Below are positions 25,851 through 38,985 of a stretch of DNA of 64,000 nt, piece by piece. The notes below the pieces were generated by a model. It was not told where the DNA came from. It ran no database searches and saw nothing but the letters and a program-made list of their open reading frames with translations. How positions within the stretch are numbered: position 1 is the first letter of the stretch; each line of letters opens with the position of its first letter. Source of the DNA: Squalus acanthias (Eukaryota); NCBI GenBank assembly GCA_030390025.1, contig CM059442.1, forward strand, positions 11,408,001 to 11,472,000. Direction: 5' to 3'. The translations under genes were made by a program, and so were the position numbers.

Positions 25851-26984
25851 AATCCACGACGTGTTTGGAAATTACTCCTTTTTTTTCAGACGAATGGTTC
25901 CACCTGAAACATGAACTCAGTTTTACATTTCAATTGCTGAGTGATCTGAGCATTTTCTGTTTTATTTGTACTTTAAAAAAAGAAACAGTTGTTTTGTTTG
26001 ATTTTGGTGTTTTATTTGTTTATCGCAGTCTTGAAGGGTTGATTTTTGGTACAGAATTTTTCTCTTTCTGGAGCAAAGGATGAGAAACTCTCCGGATACG
26101 TAGGAACTGTGGAGCTTTAACCCAGTGCTAGTTTTGAAAGTACTGTTGCTGCTTTGTTCACAGTGAGGGATGTTAGACAATAAATGATGGTGTAATCCAG
26201 TAGCCATAAGTGCTACCAGACGGAAACATTTTGATTTCCAAGAGTAGCTTCCCAATCACAAGATTGTGCGTTTATTTCCCAGGGCCGCATGTCACTCTGG
26301 CTGCCTCAGTTAGGTGAGCTCAGTACCCACATTACTGTTTGGAGTGGTACAGGGACTTAACCAGGAACAGCTTCTGTACGATGATCCTGGCTTGAAATAC
26401 TTAAAAAAGGGGAGGGGATTCCAGTTGACTAGTTCATGGTGGACCTGCATTCTGTTGCCATGTTTTGCTTTCACAGAGCATCTCGTGTTGTCATGTTTGC
26501 ATTCCGTTACACGCTGAGCTAGCCTGCACATCATTGCAACAGCTCATGCTGTTCTTGGCTGTTGTCATAAACTTGATCATCCTGTGGTTTCAAGGGGATG
26601 ATCCTGTCTAAATTCATTGTTTGCACTTCTATTGAGAGTACCCAATAACAAACATATTATTGAAAAGAAGTAGTGTTTCTCCTAAATGTTTCATTTTATG
26701 GAGGCAGTCCTACCCATCCCCATCTCTAAAGTACTGAACAAGGTGCATTCAGAGGAATCCTGTTGTACAAAACACATTTGATTCCCATCTGTACAAATAC
26801 TGCTGTAAATAAATAAGTAATCATGTTTATATATTAAACACTGTTTCACTTGAAGGAGTGTTCTTCCTATACTAGCTTGTTAGGACAATAGCACTGAGGA
26901 ACCGTTCAAAAGGGATTGATAGCCAGGCCGATTGGATGAAGGTTTCTCCTCTATCATTGTTAAAGCAGCAACATGTCGTTTCTT

Positions 26985-27298
26985 ATTGGCGGGAGGGTTG
27001 AGAACCAGAGGACAGAGATTTAAGGTGATTGGCAGAAGAACCAAAGGTGACATGAGAAAAATCTTTTTTACGCAGCGAGTGGTTAGGATCTGGAATGCAC
27101 GGCCTGAAAGGGTGGTGGAGGCAGACTCAATTGTGGCTTTCAAAAGGGAATTGGATAAGTACATGAAGGAGAAAATTTTTGCAGGGCTACGGGGAAAGGG
27201 TGGGGGAGTGGGACTGGCTGAAGTGCTCTTGCAGAGAGCCGACACGGGCTCGACGGGCCAAATGGCCGCCTTCCGTGCTGTAACCATTCTATGATTCT
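26985..27298 (+). mobile_element. CR1 LINE 3' fragment
   Basis: Encodes RTRGQRFKVIGRRTKGDMRKIFFTQRVVRIWNA, with an attctatgattct tail. Confidence 0.9.
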
Positions 27299-27751
27299 TA
27301 TATTTTAAAACAATAAATGACTATGACTTTCATCTTCTTAGAGGTTACTTGTGTATATATATTTTAAAATGTTTTTTGAGAATTATTGTACAAGTTACTC
27401 TGAATCATAAGCACATCTTAACACACATGTATACACACGCAAAAAATATTTTTGACGGAAATGTGACCACATTGCAATTAAATGTGTTTTTTATTGCTTG
27501 GAGAAACTAAACAATGTTTTTTTTTCTGACCCAAAATGTTATCTGTATAAATTCTACACCAATAATACCAGCCTCCACAATCAGAAATAATTGAGTAGGC
27601 AAATAGTTTGAAAGACGTATTTTTGGACTGCATTATCATTGTTATTTTAAAATCTTGCATTGTATACTACATCAAATTGTAACAACCTATTTTTAGTCAA
27701 AAATGAGAAGTCGCACAACACCAGGTTATAGTCCAACAGATTTATTTAATT

Positions 27752-27789
27752 TTACAAGCTTTCGGAGCTATCGCTCCTTCGTCAGGTAA
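27752..27789 (-). ncRNA. Minimal hammerhead ribozyme (left pLTR arm)
   Basis: Exact reverse complement of 28925-28962. Confidence 0.75.
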
Positions 27790-28924
27790 GTTAGCAATGA
27801 GAGAATCTCCCAGAATTCACAATTTAAACCCAGACAAAATCTATTCACATTATTCGCTACAACAAAGAGCACAGCCAAGACAATGAGATGTGTCCCAGGG
27901 GGTCCAGCGTGTCAAACCACCTGCTGGCTGCATATCCTGTCAATTTGTGTTCTTGTGTTTTTAAAAAAAACAAAAAAAAAAAAAAAAAAAAAAAACACCT
28001 GGGAAGACCGGCCATGATGTCAAGTCACGTTCTGTATCGTGACATGAACCCGATATCGCGATTGAGGCCATCCTCATGAGTGCGGAACTTGGCTATCAGT
28101 TTCTGCTCTATGATTTTGCGCTGTCGTGTATCTCGAAGGCCGCCTTGGAGAACGCTTACCCGCAGATCCGAGGCTGAATGCCCCTGGCTGCTGAAGTGTT
28201 CCCCGACTGGGAGGCAACCCTCCTGCCTGGCGATTGTTGCGCGGTGTCCGTTCATACGTTGTCTCAGTGTCTGCATGGTCTCGCCGATGTACCATGCTCT
28301 GGAGCATCCTTTACTGCAACGTATCAGGTAGACAACGTTGGCCGAGTCACATGAGTATGTACCGTGTACCTGGTGGGTAGTGTCCTCACGTGTAATGATG
28401 GTATCTGTGTCCATGATTTGGCATGTCTTGCAGAGGTTGCCGTGGCAGGGTTGTGTGGTGTCTTGGTTGCTGTTCTCCTGAAAGATGGGTAATCTGCTGC
28501 GAACGATGGTACTTTTGAGGTTAGGCGGCTGCTTGAAGGCGAGTAGTCTCTGCGGGTCTGCGGGTAAGCGTTCTCCAAGGCGGCCTTCGAGATACACGAC
28601 AGCGCAAAATCATAGAGCAGAAACTGATAGCCAAGTTCCGCACTCATGAGGATGGCCTCAATCGCGATATCGGGTTCATGTCACGATACAGAACGTGACT
28701 TGACATCATGGCCGGTCTTCCCAGGTGTTTTTTTTTTTTTTTTTTTTTTTTTAAAACACAAGAACACAAATTGACAGGATATGCAGCCAGCAGGTGGTTT
28801 GACACGCTGGACCCCCTGGGACACATCTCATTGTCTTGGCTGTGCTCTTTGTTGTAGCGAATAATGTGAATAGATTTTGTCTGGGTTTAAATTGTGAATT
28901 CTGGGAGATTCTCTCATTGCTAAC

Positions 28925-28962
28925 TTACCTGACGAAGGAGCGATAGCTCCGAAAGCTTGTAA
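28925..28962 (+). ncRNA. Minimal type I hammerhead ribozyme (right pLTR arm, sense to DNAAF5)
   Basis: Reads ttac-CTGACGA-a-ggagc-gata-gctcc-GAAA-gctt-gtaa, with CUGANGA and GAAA boxes, a perfect 5-bp stem II, a palindromic AAGCTT stem III and stem I ttac/gtaa. Confidence 0.78.
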
Positions 28963-29222
28963 AATTAAATAAATCTGTTGGACTATAACCTGGTGTTGTG
29001 CGACTTCTCATTTTTGTCCACCCCAGTCCAACGCCGGCATCTCCACATCATGATATTTTTAGTCAAATATTGAAGAATTAGGTGCTCATAGATGATTTTG
29101 TGACATTTGCAGTGCAATATTTATTTTAAGCAAATTGGGTACGTTTAGGCTTTAAAATACTCCAGGTTGTTGTGATAAAGTTGCAACCCTTGACTTGACA
29201 CCTCTGTCATTCCACCTTTCAG

Positions 29223-29435
29223 TCTGTGAAAGCAGCGGAGCTGATTGGAGCCTTTGTGAATCCCGAGGTCTCTTTGAAATTGATTCTGATGGCGCTTGAG
29301 AAATCTGCCTGCACTGCTCATCTGATGGTGCTGGGCGCGGTCACAAGAGGCAGCTCGGCGCAAGTGCTACACCCACATCTGGTTCGAATTGGAGCAACCC
29401 TGGCACTTCCTGACACATGCCAAGTATCTGAAAAG
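29223..29435 (+). CDS. DNAAF5: DNAAF5 coding exon (probably exon 6), 213 nt
   Basis: Encodes SVKAAELIGAFVNPEVSLKLILMALEKSACTAHLMVLGAVTRGSSAQVLHPHLVRIGATLALPDTCQVSEK. Acceptor ccacctttcAG, donor GTaaat, phase 0/0. Confidence 0.95.
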
Positions 29436-29511
29436 GTAAATGTTAACCGAAATGAAGGTTTGTCACCTAGATATCTTGCAGTGTATTTTTCTCAAAGCTT
29501 CATATTCTTCC

Positions 29512-29795
29512 GACAAAAGCAAAATACTGCGGATGCTGGAAATCTGAAATAAAAACAGAAAATGCTGGAAATACTCAGCAGCTCAGGCAGCATCTGCGAA
29601 GAGAGAAACAGGTGACCATTCATCAGAACTGGAAAGAGTTCGAGATGTAACAGGTTTTAAGCAGATGCAGAGGCCGGGAGGAAAGAACAGAAGCAGTTGG
29701 CAATGCTTCTGCTGTGGTCATTTACAGCTCCTCTACACCCATCTTTTGTTTCTTTTTTCTAGTCCCATTACCACCCACTTTTGCCTTGCACCAGC
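29512..29795. mobile_element. Second-family Penelope pLTR fragment(s)
   Basis: caaaatactgcggatgctggaaatctgaaataaaaacagaaaatgctgg matches 39355-39450. The hammerhead region is partly deleted, and an opposite-orientation piece follows (~29710-29795). Confidence 0.8.
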
Positions 29796-32700
29796 AACCT
29801 ATCTTTGATAAGTTGAAGATAATTATTCCTTGGGTAGAAGGCCTGGCCAATTTACATTAGATAACAGTGCAGTTTCACCATAAACTTAAAAAGTACAACA
29901 CAAAAGGAGGGGGATTGGCAAACAGTGAGTACTGTACAATATTTCAGGACATAATTGAGTTCTAGCATGTTTCTCGGTTTATTTACCGGATGTTAGCAGT
30001 GTTATGTGTGGATTGGTGATGTAGGAGACATTTGTCGTGCAGTATGCAGGCCAGTGCTGTGAATGGTTGGTACTAAAAGTACAATTTAAAGCTGTTGGTT
30101 ATCTAAAGAATGGATGGGAAAGAGGAAAAGTAACTGAGGCAGCAGACAATTTTTATCAAAAGAAGAAACCATTCAGTGGTGGTTTATCTATTTCCTGTCA
30201 ACTGAGCTTTTCCGTATATTGAAGCTTTTGAATACCAGATCTAAATAAAGGGCTTGTGACACTGAGACAAAAGTGATTGATGGGCATTTGTGAACTTTCC
30301 AATGGATTAGCTGAGCTGCTTTGCAGAAAAGAAGCATCCTAGTGACACATTGGGTTTGTGTGACAGTGAGAGCCAAGTGGGGACATACCCGTTACATTAC
30401 CGAGCTGTGCATTTATGATAGTTTTACTGATATAACCACAAAGGGAAGAAATTCTTATAGTTTAAAAATTTCCTGCCATGAATGTTGCCTCCTAAAAATT
30501 GTGGCTCAGGTTTCCTCTGCCAATGTGCCCAGCTGTTTTGTGGTACAATTTTTTAAGGATGTGAGTGACATTTTCATGTTTTCTCCTCCTGGTTTCATGG
30601 ATGAGGCAATAGGGAAGAAGGAATCCAAAAAAATTTAGTAAATAACTCAAACTCAAAGAAAAGTGCTACTTGATTGTAACCATTCTTTGTTTAACCAGTG
30701 TCCCAACCTTAAAACATTGGTGTATATGTGATTATTTTTTTGAGGTGTAATATTTCTTGTAAGCATAATTTTGGTTCAATGTAACCATTTTTTACCTGCG
30801 GTTATAGTGCACTACCGACTCCATCATTAACCCAGAAGACAGCATTGAGTTTTTTTGGTCATGCTAATTGCTTTGACTTTCTTATTTGTCTTGCCTTTTC
30901 AGTCATTGCTAAATTCATGGATAATCCAATTAATAATGAAACCGGCAGATTTGCAAACCACTTTGGTGCTTTTGTTAACTCTAAAGTAATTATTTTTGTA
31001 TTTCAATGTTTGATTTTAAAAGCTTTAGCATTGAGCCTGAATTAGTGTCACACTGGGAATTCAGCCAAGCCTACTGCATAGGTTGTTTGAAAGGTTCATC
31101 ACAAACTAAAATAACAATGAATCAGACTATCAAAATGCTTACATAAATCACTCTGATCTCCACCACCTTTGTGCAATGTACGGACCAGTAATTGTAACTA
31201 ATTTGAGCACAGGAATTAAAACAATAACATTGCCATGATTTGTTATCTATACATTTTAATAATTGTTTCCAAATAACTTTGAGAGTTTGGACAACCTAAA
31301 GACATTTGAACTTCAGGCGTTGAGGAATTTGCCTCATTGCATTCGCCAGAGACTAATTTGCTCGCACTTGAAACAATATATGAACCCCATCCCTTCAGAA
31401 TGGACTGTCCTGTAATTCATGTTAAGTACTGCATCACTTAAGCTGAAGGTGTGTAATAACTAGGCACAGCTTGGTTATAACACCATCATACTAGCCTGCT
31501 TTTCTTGCATTTATTCTCTCAAATGTTAATGTGATATGAGTATGTTTATTTGGCATCCACAAGCAAAGAAAAGGAAAAGCTGGGGCACTGGTTTCTGGAA
31601 GAAGTTGTCATCACTTACTAACCAGGCACTAGCTGTCAGTGAGGAGGTTGTTGGAAGCGTTAACACACTGAGACTGTATTTCTAATACAAAGAATGCTTT
31701 AGTGAAGTAAAGACAATATTTTATTACCCAAGGATTACTCCTGAAATGCAGTAAAATCATTCCTTATTTACGTTTATAGGATATACCTTAACATTTAGAC
31801 CATTGACCGTTCCAGAGAATTGCAGATTTACTGGGCCAGCCAATTGTCTGAAATTCAGCCTCAAGTGCTGTGACATTGAAAGTATTGCTATTATTACAGT
31901 AATAATGCCATTCAGATCTCAAGTGTAATAACTTTGTACCACTAAAGTAAAGACTTAAAACACATTGAGCACTTTATTTTTACTTTCTTTTTCACCTTCC
32001 CATTTCATCCCTGTTTTTGCTGTTTAACTTGCACTTATTTCCAGTTCTCCCCCACCTCCTTGCCACGCCTGAAGATGCTGTCTTATACTGAGATCAGCTT
32101 ACTGGGTGTCCACAGCCTCTGGTACTTCGCTCACGTGGCCAATCCTCATCTTGATCATGGAAGGCTGAGCCAATACTTTTCTCGTTGGATCGCCACACTT
32201 TACAGCAGTTTCTACATGCTGAGATGGAAGTTGAATTTGAAGAATATCAACTAATGTGCATGCATGGCATGACTTTCACTAATGGAAAAGAAGGTTCTGT
32301 ATAGCAAAACAAGCCTCATTCCTGGCTGTCTGGGAAATTAATGCACTTATTGCTGCAAGACCTTAATGTGCCTTAATGTCTGACAGTCGAGATTTACATC
32401 CTTTCCACTTTAATAGGGATATTGCAGCGGTACTATGTCATTATGTGGTTGGATGTGTGTTTATGCTAATCAGTCACCATGATACCTCACCATCACATTT
32501 TCCTTTCTGCCACCTCTTGCCGATTGTAGCTTTCCCACTCCAGTCTTCCTATAAGCAGTTCTACCATCTCGGCTTCGGCCTTCCATGCAGTCAATTTCCA
32601 GCTGGCATTCGTTCTATCCAAGGGTACCGATCTACAGCCGTATAGCGCACGTGCCCTACTTCCCCTCAATTTAGCATTGGCCATTTTCTCTGGCCGGCTG

Positions 32701-34016
32701 CTGCCAAAACACCCCTTGCACAACACGTTACAAGAAGTAGCCACCTGCTGCTTCTGTGCCTTTTGTCAGGATCCAGCTGTCGGCACCACGTGCAAGTAGC
32801 AACAGGACACCACCATCACAGGAAGGATAGTTGCCACTGATTATGTTTTCAATTATGCTTTTTTTTCCAATTTTTTTTTAATAGTCTCTTTAAATGTGTT
32901 AAATTTGGTTGGCCACTTGAGCGTTTTTGAAAGTACTTCAAATTGCCAATTTTACAGTTTATGAATTAAAGTACGATGACCATCCAGGCACAGACGACGT
33001 ATCGCCAAACGTTGACATTTGTTCAGCCATGTCTTTGAGAAGTAAAGGCAGAATTTTCTCTCCATCAAATAGTTTGTGTAGATTTGACCTGGATACAAAT
33101 TCCTTCTATCGATCAGGTATTAAGAGTGGCTGCTGAAGAAAATACATGATGATCAGTAGAACAGCAAATTGAGGTCTTTGTTATAGAAGGAAATTCACTC
33201 CTTTCAAAAAGTGTTGAGCGTCTTGTCTGGAGGTATTTACCCCATGTCCTTAGCCCAACTCTGCACCTGGCAGCCCAGCTGAATGAAATTGGATCCATGC
33301 CTTTGAAATCTGTTGCATTAATGACAACCTATGAGAAAATGGGATGTTTTGTCTAAACAAGTTGGGGAGAAAATATTGTCTTTGTACAAAAGCAACGGTG
33401 CTTTAGCACACACTGAGGTCACATATACTGGATCTCAATCTCTCCTTTAGATTGGCAATAATCTTTAGGCAGTTTCATAAAACCAGCAATCAAATGAATG
33501 GAAATAAAGGGTTTCCATTATGCAACAAAATAATATGGGGAAAAAACATAAAGCTCCAAAGATGATAACAATGTAGAAAACTATATCCGTCAGTGTCAGC
33601 CATTATTGAAAGCATTTACCAGCCAGCAACGCTTGTACCAGGAAACTAGTTTGAAATTTTATCTGGTGCCTGCTACTTGTCTTCGCAGGAAGTTGATGTA
33701 TATGAAGCAGCTGATGACCTGTGGGAAGTGTGTAGGATTCCAGTGTTAAACTTGAAGTGCACTTTTTGCTTCTGTTCCCACCAGAGGAGTCTTAGCAGTT
33801 TTAATATATTAAAAACACTTGGGAGTTCATAATGATGTAAAAGGTTCTAATATAGCTTTGGGATCAAATTTGGAACAAATTTCTAATTTCCATTAAGGCC
33901 ACATAAATTCCCGTGGGGTTCTATTCATATGTACAAAAAAGGTCAAATGGAATGTGCAGTTCTGATGTAAAAAATATTAATTGATTCTTTTATTTTATTC
34001 TTTATGATGCCTATAG

Positions 34017-34160
34017 GTGGAGTATTTGGAACAACTGCTTCTGTGTGTAGAGATCTTAATTACAGTCTGTGGGAAGCAATGCAGTGAAATCAATCTGCCA
34101 CTGCTTAAAGTGCTGGTGACCATTGCATCGATAACATCTGACCAAGAACTGAAAAACAAG
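34017..34160 (+). CDS. DNAAF5: DNAAF5 coding exon (probably exon 7), 144 nt
   Basis: Encodes VEYLEQLLLCVEILITVCGKQCSEINLPLLKVLVTIASITSDQELKNK. Acceptor cctatAG, donor GTatta, phase 0/0. Confidence 0.93.
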
Positions 34161-34734
34161 GTATTACAAAGTGCAAACTTATCCACATCAGTTAGTTAAA
34201 TAAAGTTCATCTGTAATTTGGCGATTGATTTTTTTTTTTAGAAAGCCAACCATTTCAAAGCCCAAATGAATGGGTTCACTGTCTTGCCGCTTTAATTTTG
34301 GGTACATGCTAATTTATAGCTAAAGTTCCATCTTGCAATATGTTTGGCTTTTCTAAGAGTTGAAGTGGTTTTGAGTGGAAGAAATGTTGAATTGATCCCA
34401 AGTTTTTAAACCTAATACGAGGTACACTGAAGGAATATAATCCTTTCAAATGGAATAATTCAAAAATAATTTGATCGCTAGTCCACAGTAGTTTGTTTCT
34501 GTGTGCCTTTTCCCCCCATTTTCTCTCTCATCAATATTTATGCCCTATCTCTATCGCCATCTCTTATCCAACCTGGTTCTGACCCTGTAATCGATGGCCT
34601 TGTCAGCAAAGGTGCATTAAAATTGCTGCTGATATTGTGATGTTAAAACAGCGCTTGCTTCTGTACCCCAGCTCGATGGTGTGGTTTTGCATAGATTTCG
34701 AACTTCACTCTACTTTTTATAACTAGTTAAAGGA

Positions 34735-36030
34735 CAGTCGGCATGGATTCAGGAATGAGGGGTCATGTTTGACTAACCTGCCAAAAATTTCCAAGAGATT
34801 TCTGGTATGGTGGATAGGGTAAATGCAGTTAATATGTAGTTGGATTTTCAGAAAGCTTTTGGCAAGATTCCACATTGCCAATTAATGGCTCTGGTAATGA
34901 GTCATTAAATAGGAGGTGAAGTGTAGCACTGAATCGAAAATTGGCTTTAAAAAATAGGAAATCGAAGTCATCATCAGTGGGTTATTTTCAGGTTGGAAAG
35001 CGGTTATGAGCAGGGTATATCGGGAGGTTGCTGTTGCATCCTTCTGCTATTTTAATGTATATGTCTTGGATGAGGGTATAGGAAATAAAACTGGCAAGTT
35101 GGTAGATGATGCCAAAACAGGAGGCAGGGCAAATGCTGAATCCTGATTCAGAAGGATTTAGATTTTTTTTAGCTGCACTCGGGGAATAAGTGGCACCTGC
35201 AGCTCTTAGCGGAAAAGTGTAAAATAATTAGTGTGGGAGCATGGAGCCTAATTGGGAAGTTTGTGTTAAATGAAACAATGTTATAGCGAAAGAGGTCTCT
35301 TCTCTGGTGGGTAGATCTATGAAACAGTGCTAAGATACAGTAGAAAAAGCAAATAAGCAGGTAGGTTGGATTAGCAAGGGATAGAGCACAGATTTAGAGG
35401 TTGTAAAATTGCTATACAAAAGGCTTTGAACAGACCCCATCTCAAGTACTGGTCAGTTCTTCTTGCCTCAGGAAATACATTATTGTCTTTGAATGGTGAG
35501 CAATGAAGATCATTGTGGCTATCAGCAACTTAAGTTCTGAGGACAGGTTAAGCAAGTTGGGCTCATTTACTTTGGAAAGGACGACACTTTGAGGTGACCT
35601 AATTGAAATTTTCAAGATATGAAAGGAATTGACAAAGCTGATCCAAACAAATTGTTCACAGTGCCAAGTAGTGAGGACTAAAGAAGGCAATGAGGTGGAA
35701 CTTTCTACCCAAAGGGTGATCAAGCTACTGAATAATAATGAAAGGAAGAACTTGCATTTATATAGCGCCTTTCACAACCTCAGGATGTCCCAAAGCCCTT
35801 CACAGCCAATGAAATACCTTTGATGTGTAGTCACTGTTGTAATGTAGGAATAAGTTAGTAAGAGAATGCTATTGGAATAGTTGGAGGTTCAAAAGACAAT
35901 TGAATACGTTTCTGGAGGGAGAAGGATTTGAGGGATATGGTGAGAAGGCGGTTAAGTGGGGCACGTCTGTGGCAATGGGACAGCTTGCTTGGGCTCAATG
36001 GCATTTCCTGTTCCTAAAAATTCTCATGTT
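34735..36030 (+). mobile_element. Old, highly decayed CR1 LINE (RT to 3' end), interrupted by a DeuSINE fragment at ~35738-35850
   Basis: Remnants of HGFR...SCLTNL, DFQKAF, DDAK, gaggtgacctaattga and tttacccaaagggtg-like motifs, with many stops. Confidence 0.75.
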
Positions 36031-36194
36031 CTTGAGATGTTTGATGCTATGTTCTTTTAGGCCTCATCAATGAAAATTCAATCCAAGTTAAAGTTGTGCT
36101 TAGTAACAAATATAAAGAGAAAAAGTGTCTGTTCTTAAGATTTTCAATACAAGAATAATGTAGAACAAGCGCTGGACAGTGCACCCAGAATTGT

Positions 36195-36642
36195 ACATAA
36201 GAACATAAGAATTAGGAGCATACGGCCCCTCGAGCCTGCTCCACCATTCAATAAGATCATGGCTGATCATCGACCTCAACTCCGATTCCCCATGAGCCCA
36301 AAAATCTATCGATCTCAGCCTTGAATATACTCAACGACTCCGCATCCACAGCCCTCTGGGGCAGAGAATTCCAAAGATTCACAACACTCTGAGTGAAGAA
36401 ATTTCTCCTCATCTCAGTCTTAAATAGCCGACCCCTTATCCTGAGACTATGCCCCCTAGTTCTAGACACTCCAGCCAGGGGAAACAACCTCTCAGCATCT
36501 ACCCTGTCAAGCCCCTTCAGAATCTTACATGTTTCAATGAGATCACCCCTCATTCTTCTAAACTCCAGAGAGTATAGGGCCCATTCTACACAATCTCTCA
36601 TCATAGGACAACTCTCTCATCTCGGGAATCAATCTAGTGAAT
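36195..36642 (-). mobile_element. CR1 LINE 3' fragment
   Basis: Encodes LYSLEFRRMRGDLIETCKILKGLDRVDAERLFPL...RRNFFTQSVVNLWNSLP, with a cataagaacataagaa tail. Confidence 0.9.
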
Positions 36643-37939
36643 CTAATATAATGGTTTTAATAATTCAATGCATAAAGTGCTTTACCCAGACATGGTGCAT
36701 TGGAAATCCTCTATTTCATTAAGATGGTGTATATCGTGCATCTATTTTATAAGGTTAAGCTTCTCGAGTTAGTTTTCACAAATTTAAAGGTATTTGAAGA
36801 CTGAAATTGAGCAGGAGTGGCCTCCAGAGTTGCAGCTGTTAGCGATTTGGAATTTCGGTGATTATCTTCTGACAGCGTGCGCAAACTGTCGCAACAATTA
36901 ATATTTAGGCACCTTAAGTGCTTGCAAATATTTTTCTTAGTGTCTTTGATTGTGAATGCCATGTGCTGCTTTCTAGATAATGAGTGTATTCGTGTGCAGT
37001 CATTGGAAACATTTCAGAGAACAGATCCTGAGCAATAACTGTTGCTGTTGGTTCCAAAGGCTAATTTAAAAAAAAGTAATGAAGCAAAAGATGTGTTCAG
37101 TTTCCATTTACCTTTTTCAGAAAAAAAAGCTGCAGCTATTTCCAACTTGTTCCATTTCCTGATCTGATTGGAGAACGGACAGAATGAATCAGAGTTTTCC
37201 TATACGAGGTGAAACACTTTTTGTGTGTGAGAGGGAGTCTGACATTTTTTTGATCGTTACTTTTTAGGGAGACACTTGAGCAGGGGCAACAAAATGGTAA
37301 AAGTACACTTACAAATTCTCTTTACCCTTTTCTTGGGTGCTCCTGTGCAGTGCACCATTTGCCGGCAGACAAGAACAGACAGCTGAGAAGTTTAAGGGGA
37401 CTCTGCAAGTACAGCCCAGTAACCAGCCACTGAGGTAGTCTGCAGGATTGGGCCGAGGCACCGCCAATGTTCTTTCCTTCCCTGTGGAGAAGTGGCTGGT
37501 CTCCACTTTGTGCCGTTCTCCGTATACTGACCTGCGTAGAATTGCGGGTTTGAACCTTTACCCTGCCACTTTGTGATGCAGCTCAGTGAGTACCAGTGTG
37601 CTCTGTCACCTTGGTGGCAATGCACTTGTTTCACTTGTGTGGTGAGAACCTTGAAAAATATATTGGGAATAATTTTCACCTCCCGCATAATGAGCTTGGG
37701 ATAAATTGTACGACTTTTTCTCAAATCAATGAAAAACTATGCATCCTTTCTGAAGTGTCACACCAAAGTGTCTATTCATACAGGAGCCTTAGATTGACTG
37801 TTAGTCAATAGGAGGTAAGGGCTCAGATGCTGAATTGCTTTTGTAGTCCTCAAAATGTACCAACATTCTCTGATAACATTCTCAGAAGTGAATTTCTTTG
37901 TGTGACGCTAAGAGTTAGCACATAATCATTTGAACACTT

Positions 37940-38065
37940 GAACCTGGCTTTGAATCCAGCCCAGATAAGTGGTGTGAAAGGCTGTCGGTGTCCCATGTGA
38001 AATGGGTTTGGGGCAGTCTCGATCAAATTCCTAATGGGCATGGTTCCACAGCACAAATCGCCCCC
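37940..38065 (+). mobile_element. LF-SINE-like fragment
   Basis: gaatccagcccag...ggctgtcggtgtcccatgtgaaatgggtttggggcagtctc...ttcctaatgggcatggttccacagcacaaa. Confidence 0.6.
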
Positions 38066-38097
38066 ACTCCCCTTCCTTCCTCCTTCCTCCTTCTCTC

Positions 38098-38099
<2 letters not shown>

Positions 38100-38132
<33 letters not shown>
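38100..38132. repeat. (CA)n microsatellite, about 16 units
   Basis: Seen directly. Confidence 0.95.
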
Positions 38133-38135
<3 letters not shown>

Positions 38136-38162
38136 ATTTTGCACTCATTGCCTTTTTCATTT

Positions 38163-38586
38163 AGAAAGAAGAAAGAAAGACTTGCATTTATATCTCGTCT
38201 TTCACGACCTCAGAACGTCCCAAAGCGCTTTACAGCCAATGAAGTACTTTTTGAAGTGTAGTCACTGTTGTAATGTAGGGAAACGTGGCAGCCAAATTGC
38301 GCACAGCAAGCTCCCACAAACAGCAATGTGATAATGACCAGATCATCTGTTTTAGTGATGTTGGTTGAGGGATAAATATTGGCCAGGACACCGGGGAGAG
38401 CTCCCCTGCTCTTCTTCAAAATAGTGCCATGGGATCTGAAAGACAGCACCGGTGACAGTGCAGCACTCCCTCAGTACTGGCACTGGGAGTGTCGGCCTAG
38501 ATTTTGTGTTCGAGTCTCTGGAGTGGGACTTGAACGCATAACCTTCTGTTTCAGAGGCAAGAGTTCTACCACTGAGCCATGGCTGA
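38163..38586 (-). mobile_element. DeuSINE (SacSINE1-like) with an internal deletion
   Basis: Head and tail are intact. It lacks ~50 nt of the Deu domain present in the 20625-21070 copy. Confidence 0.85.
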
Positions 38587-38784
38587 AAGGATAGCTTATG
38601 TTGGGACAAGATAGAAATTGCGGAGTGGAAGGAGTGCTGGTTTATGATCTCTTGTTAATTAGAATTAAAGAAATGTGATTGAATCACAGGATGTTTTAAT
38701 CCTACACACAACTGTGAGTAAATCAAAGGGTTGAAAAAAGCTGAGAATCTCAGGACTTTGGAAGCACAGTTAGCACACGTTTGC

Positions 38785-38985
38785 CCCCAGTTTGAATCCA
38801 GCCTATAATGATGAGATGGGAGTCTGTTCTCTGTACCCGTTTGTAAGGGGTCGTAAGTGAAATAATTTTGGGCAGTCTCCATCCGTTTCCTAATGGGAAC
38901 AAGGCCACAGCACGAAACTTTCCGTAATTACCCACAAATTGGCAATCTGTCTCTGAAAAGCTGCAAGGATGGATGGTGTGGAAAA
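38785..38985 (+). mobile_element. LF-SINE-like fragment
   Basis: tttgaatccagcc...gtgaaataattttgggcagtctc...ttcctaatggg...ccacagcacgaaac...aattggcaatc. Confidence 0.6.

Larger units (their letters stand above)
27688..29067 (-). mobile_element. Penelope-like element (Neptune type) with inverted pseudo-LTRs, GIY-YIG fragment and 14-bp TSD
   Basis: ORF 28025-28546 (-) encodes PCHGNLCKTC, then SANVVYLIRC...YIGET...LRQRMNGH...HF...EQKLI...GLN. Inverted arms are at 27698-28166 and 28557-29016. TSD tatttttagtcaaa at 27688-27701 and 29054-29067. Confidence 0.95.

Noticed and set aside
28025-28597. 190-aa GIY-YIG ORF as a domesticated or stand-alone nuclease gene
   Set aside because: It is the truncated 3' end of a Penelope ORF lacking RT. 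Its start comes from the inverted junction.
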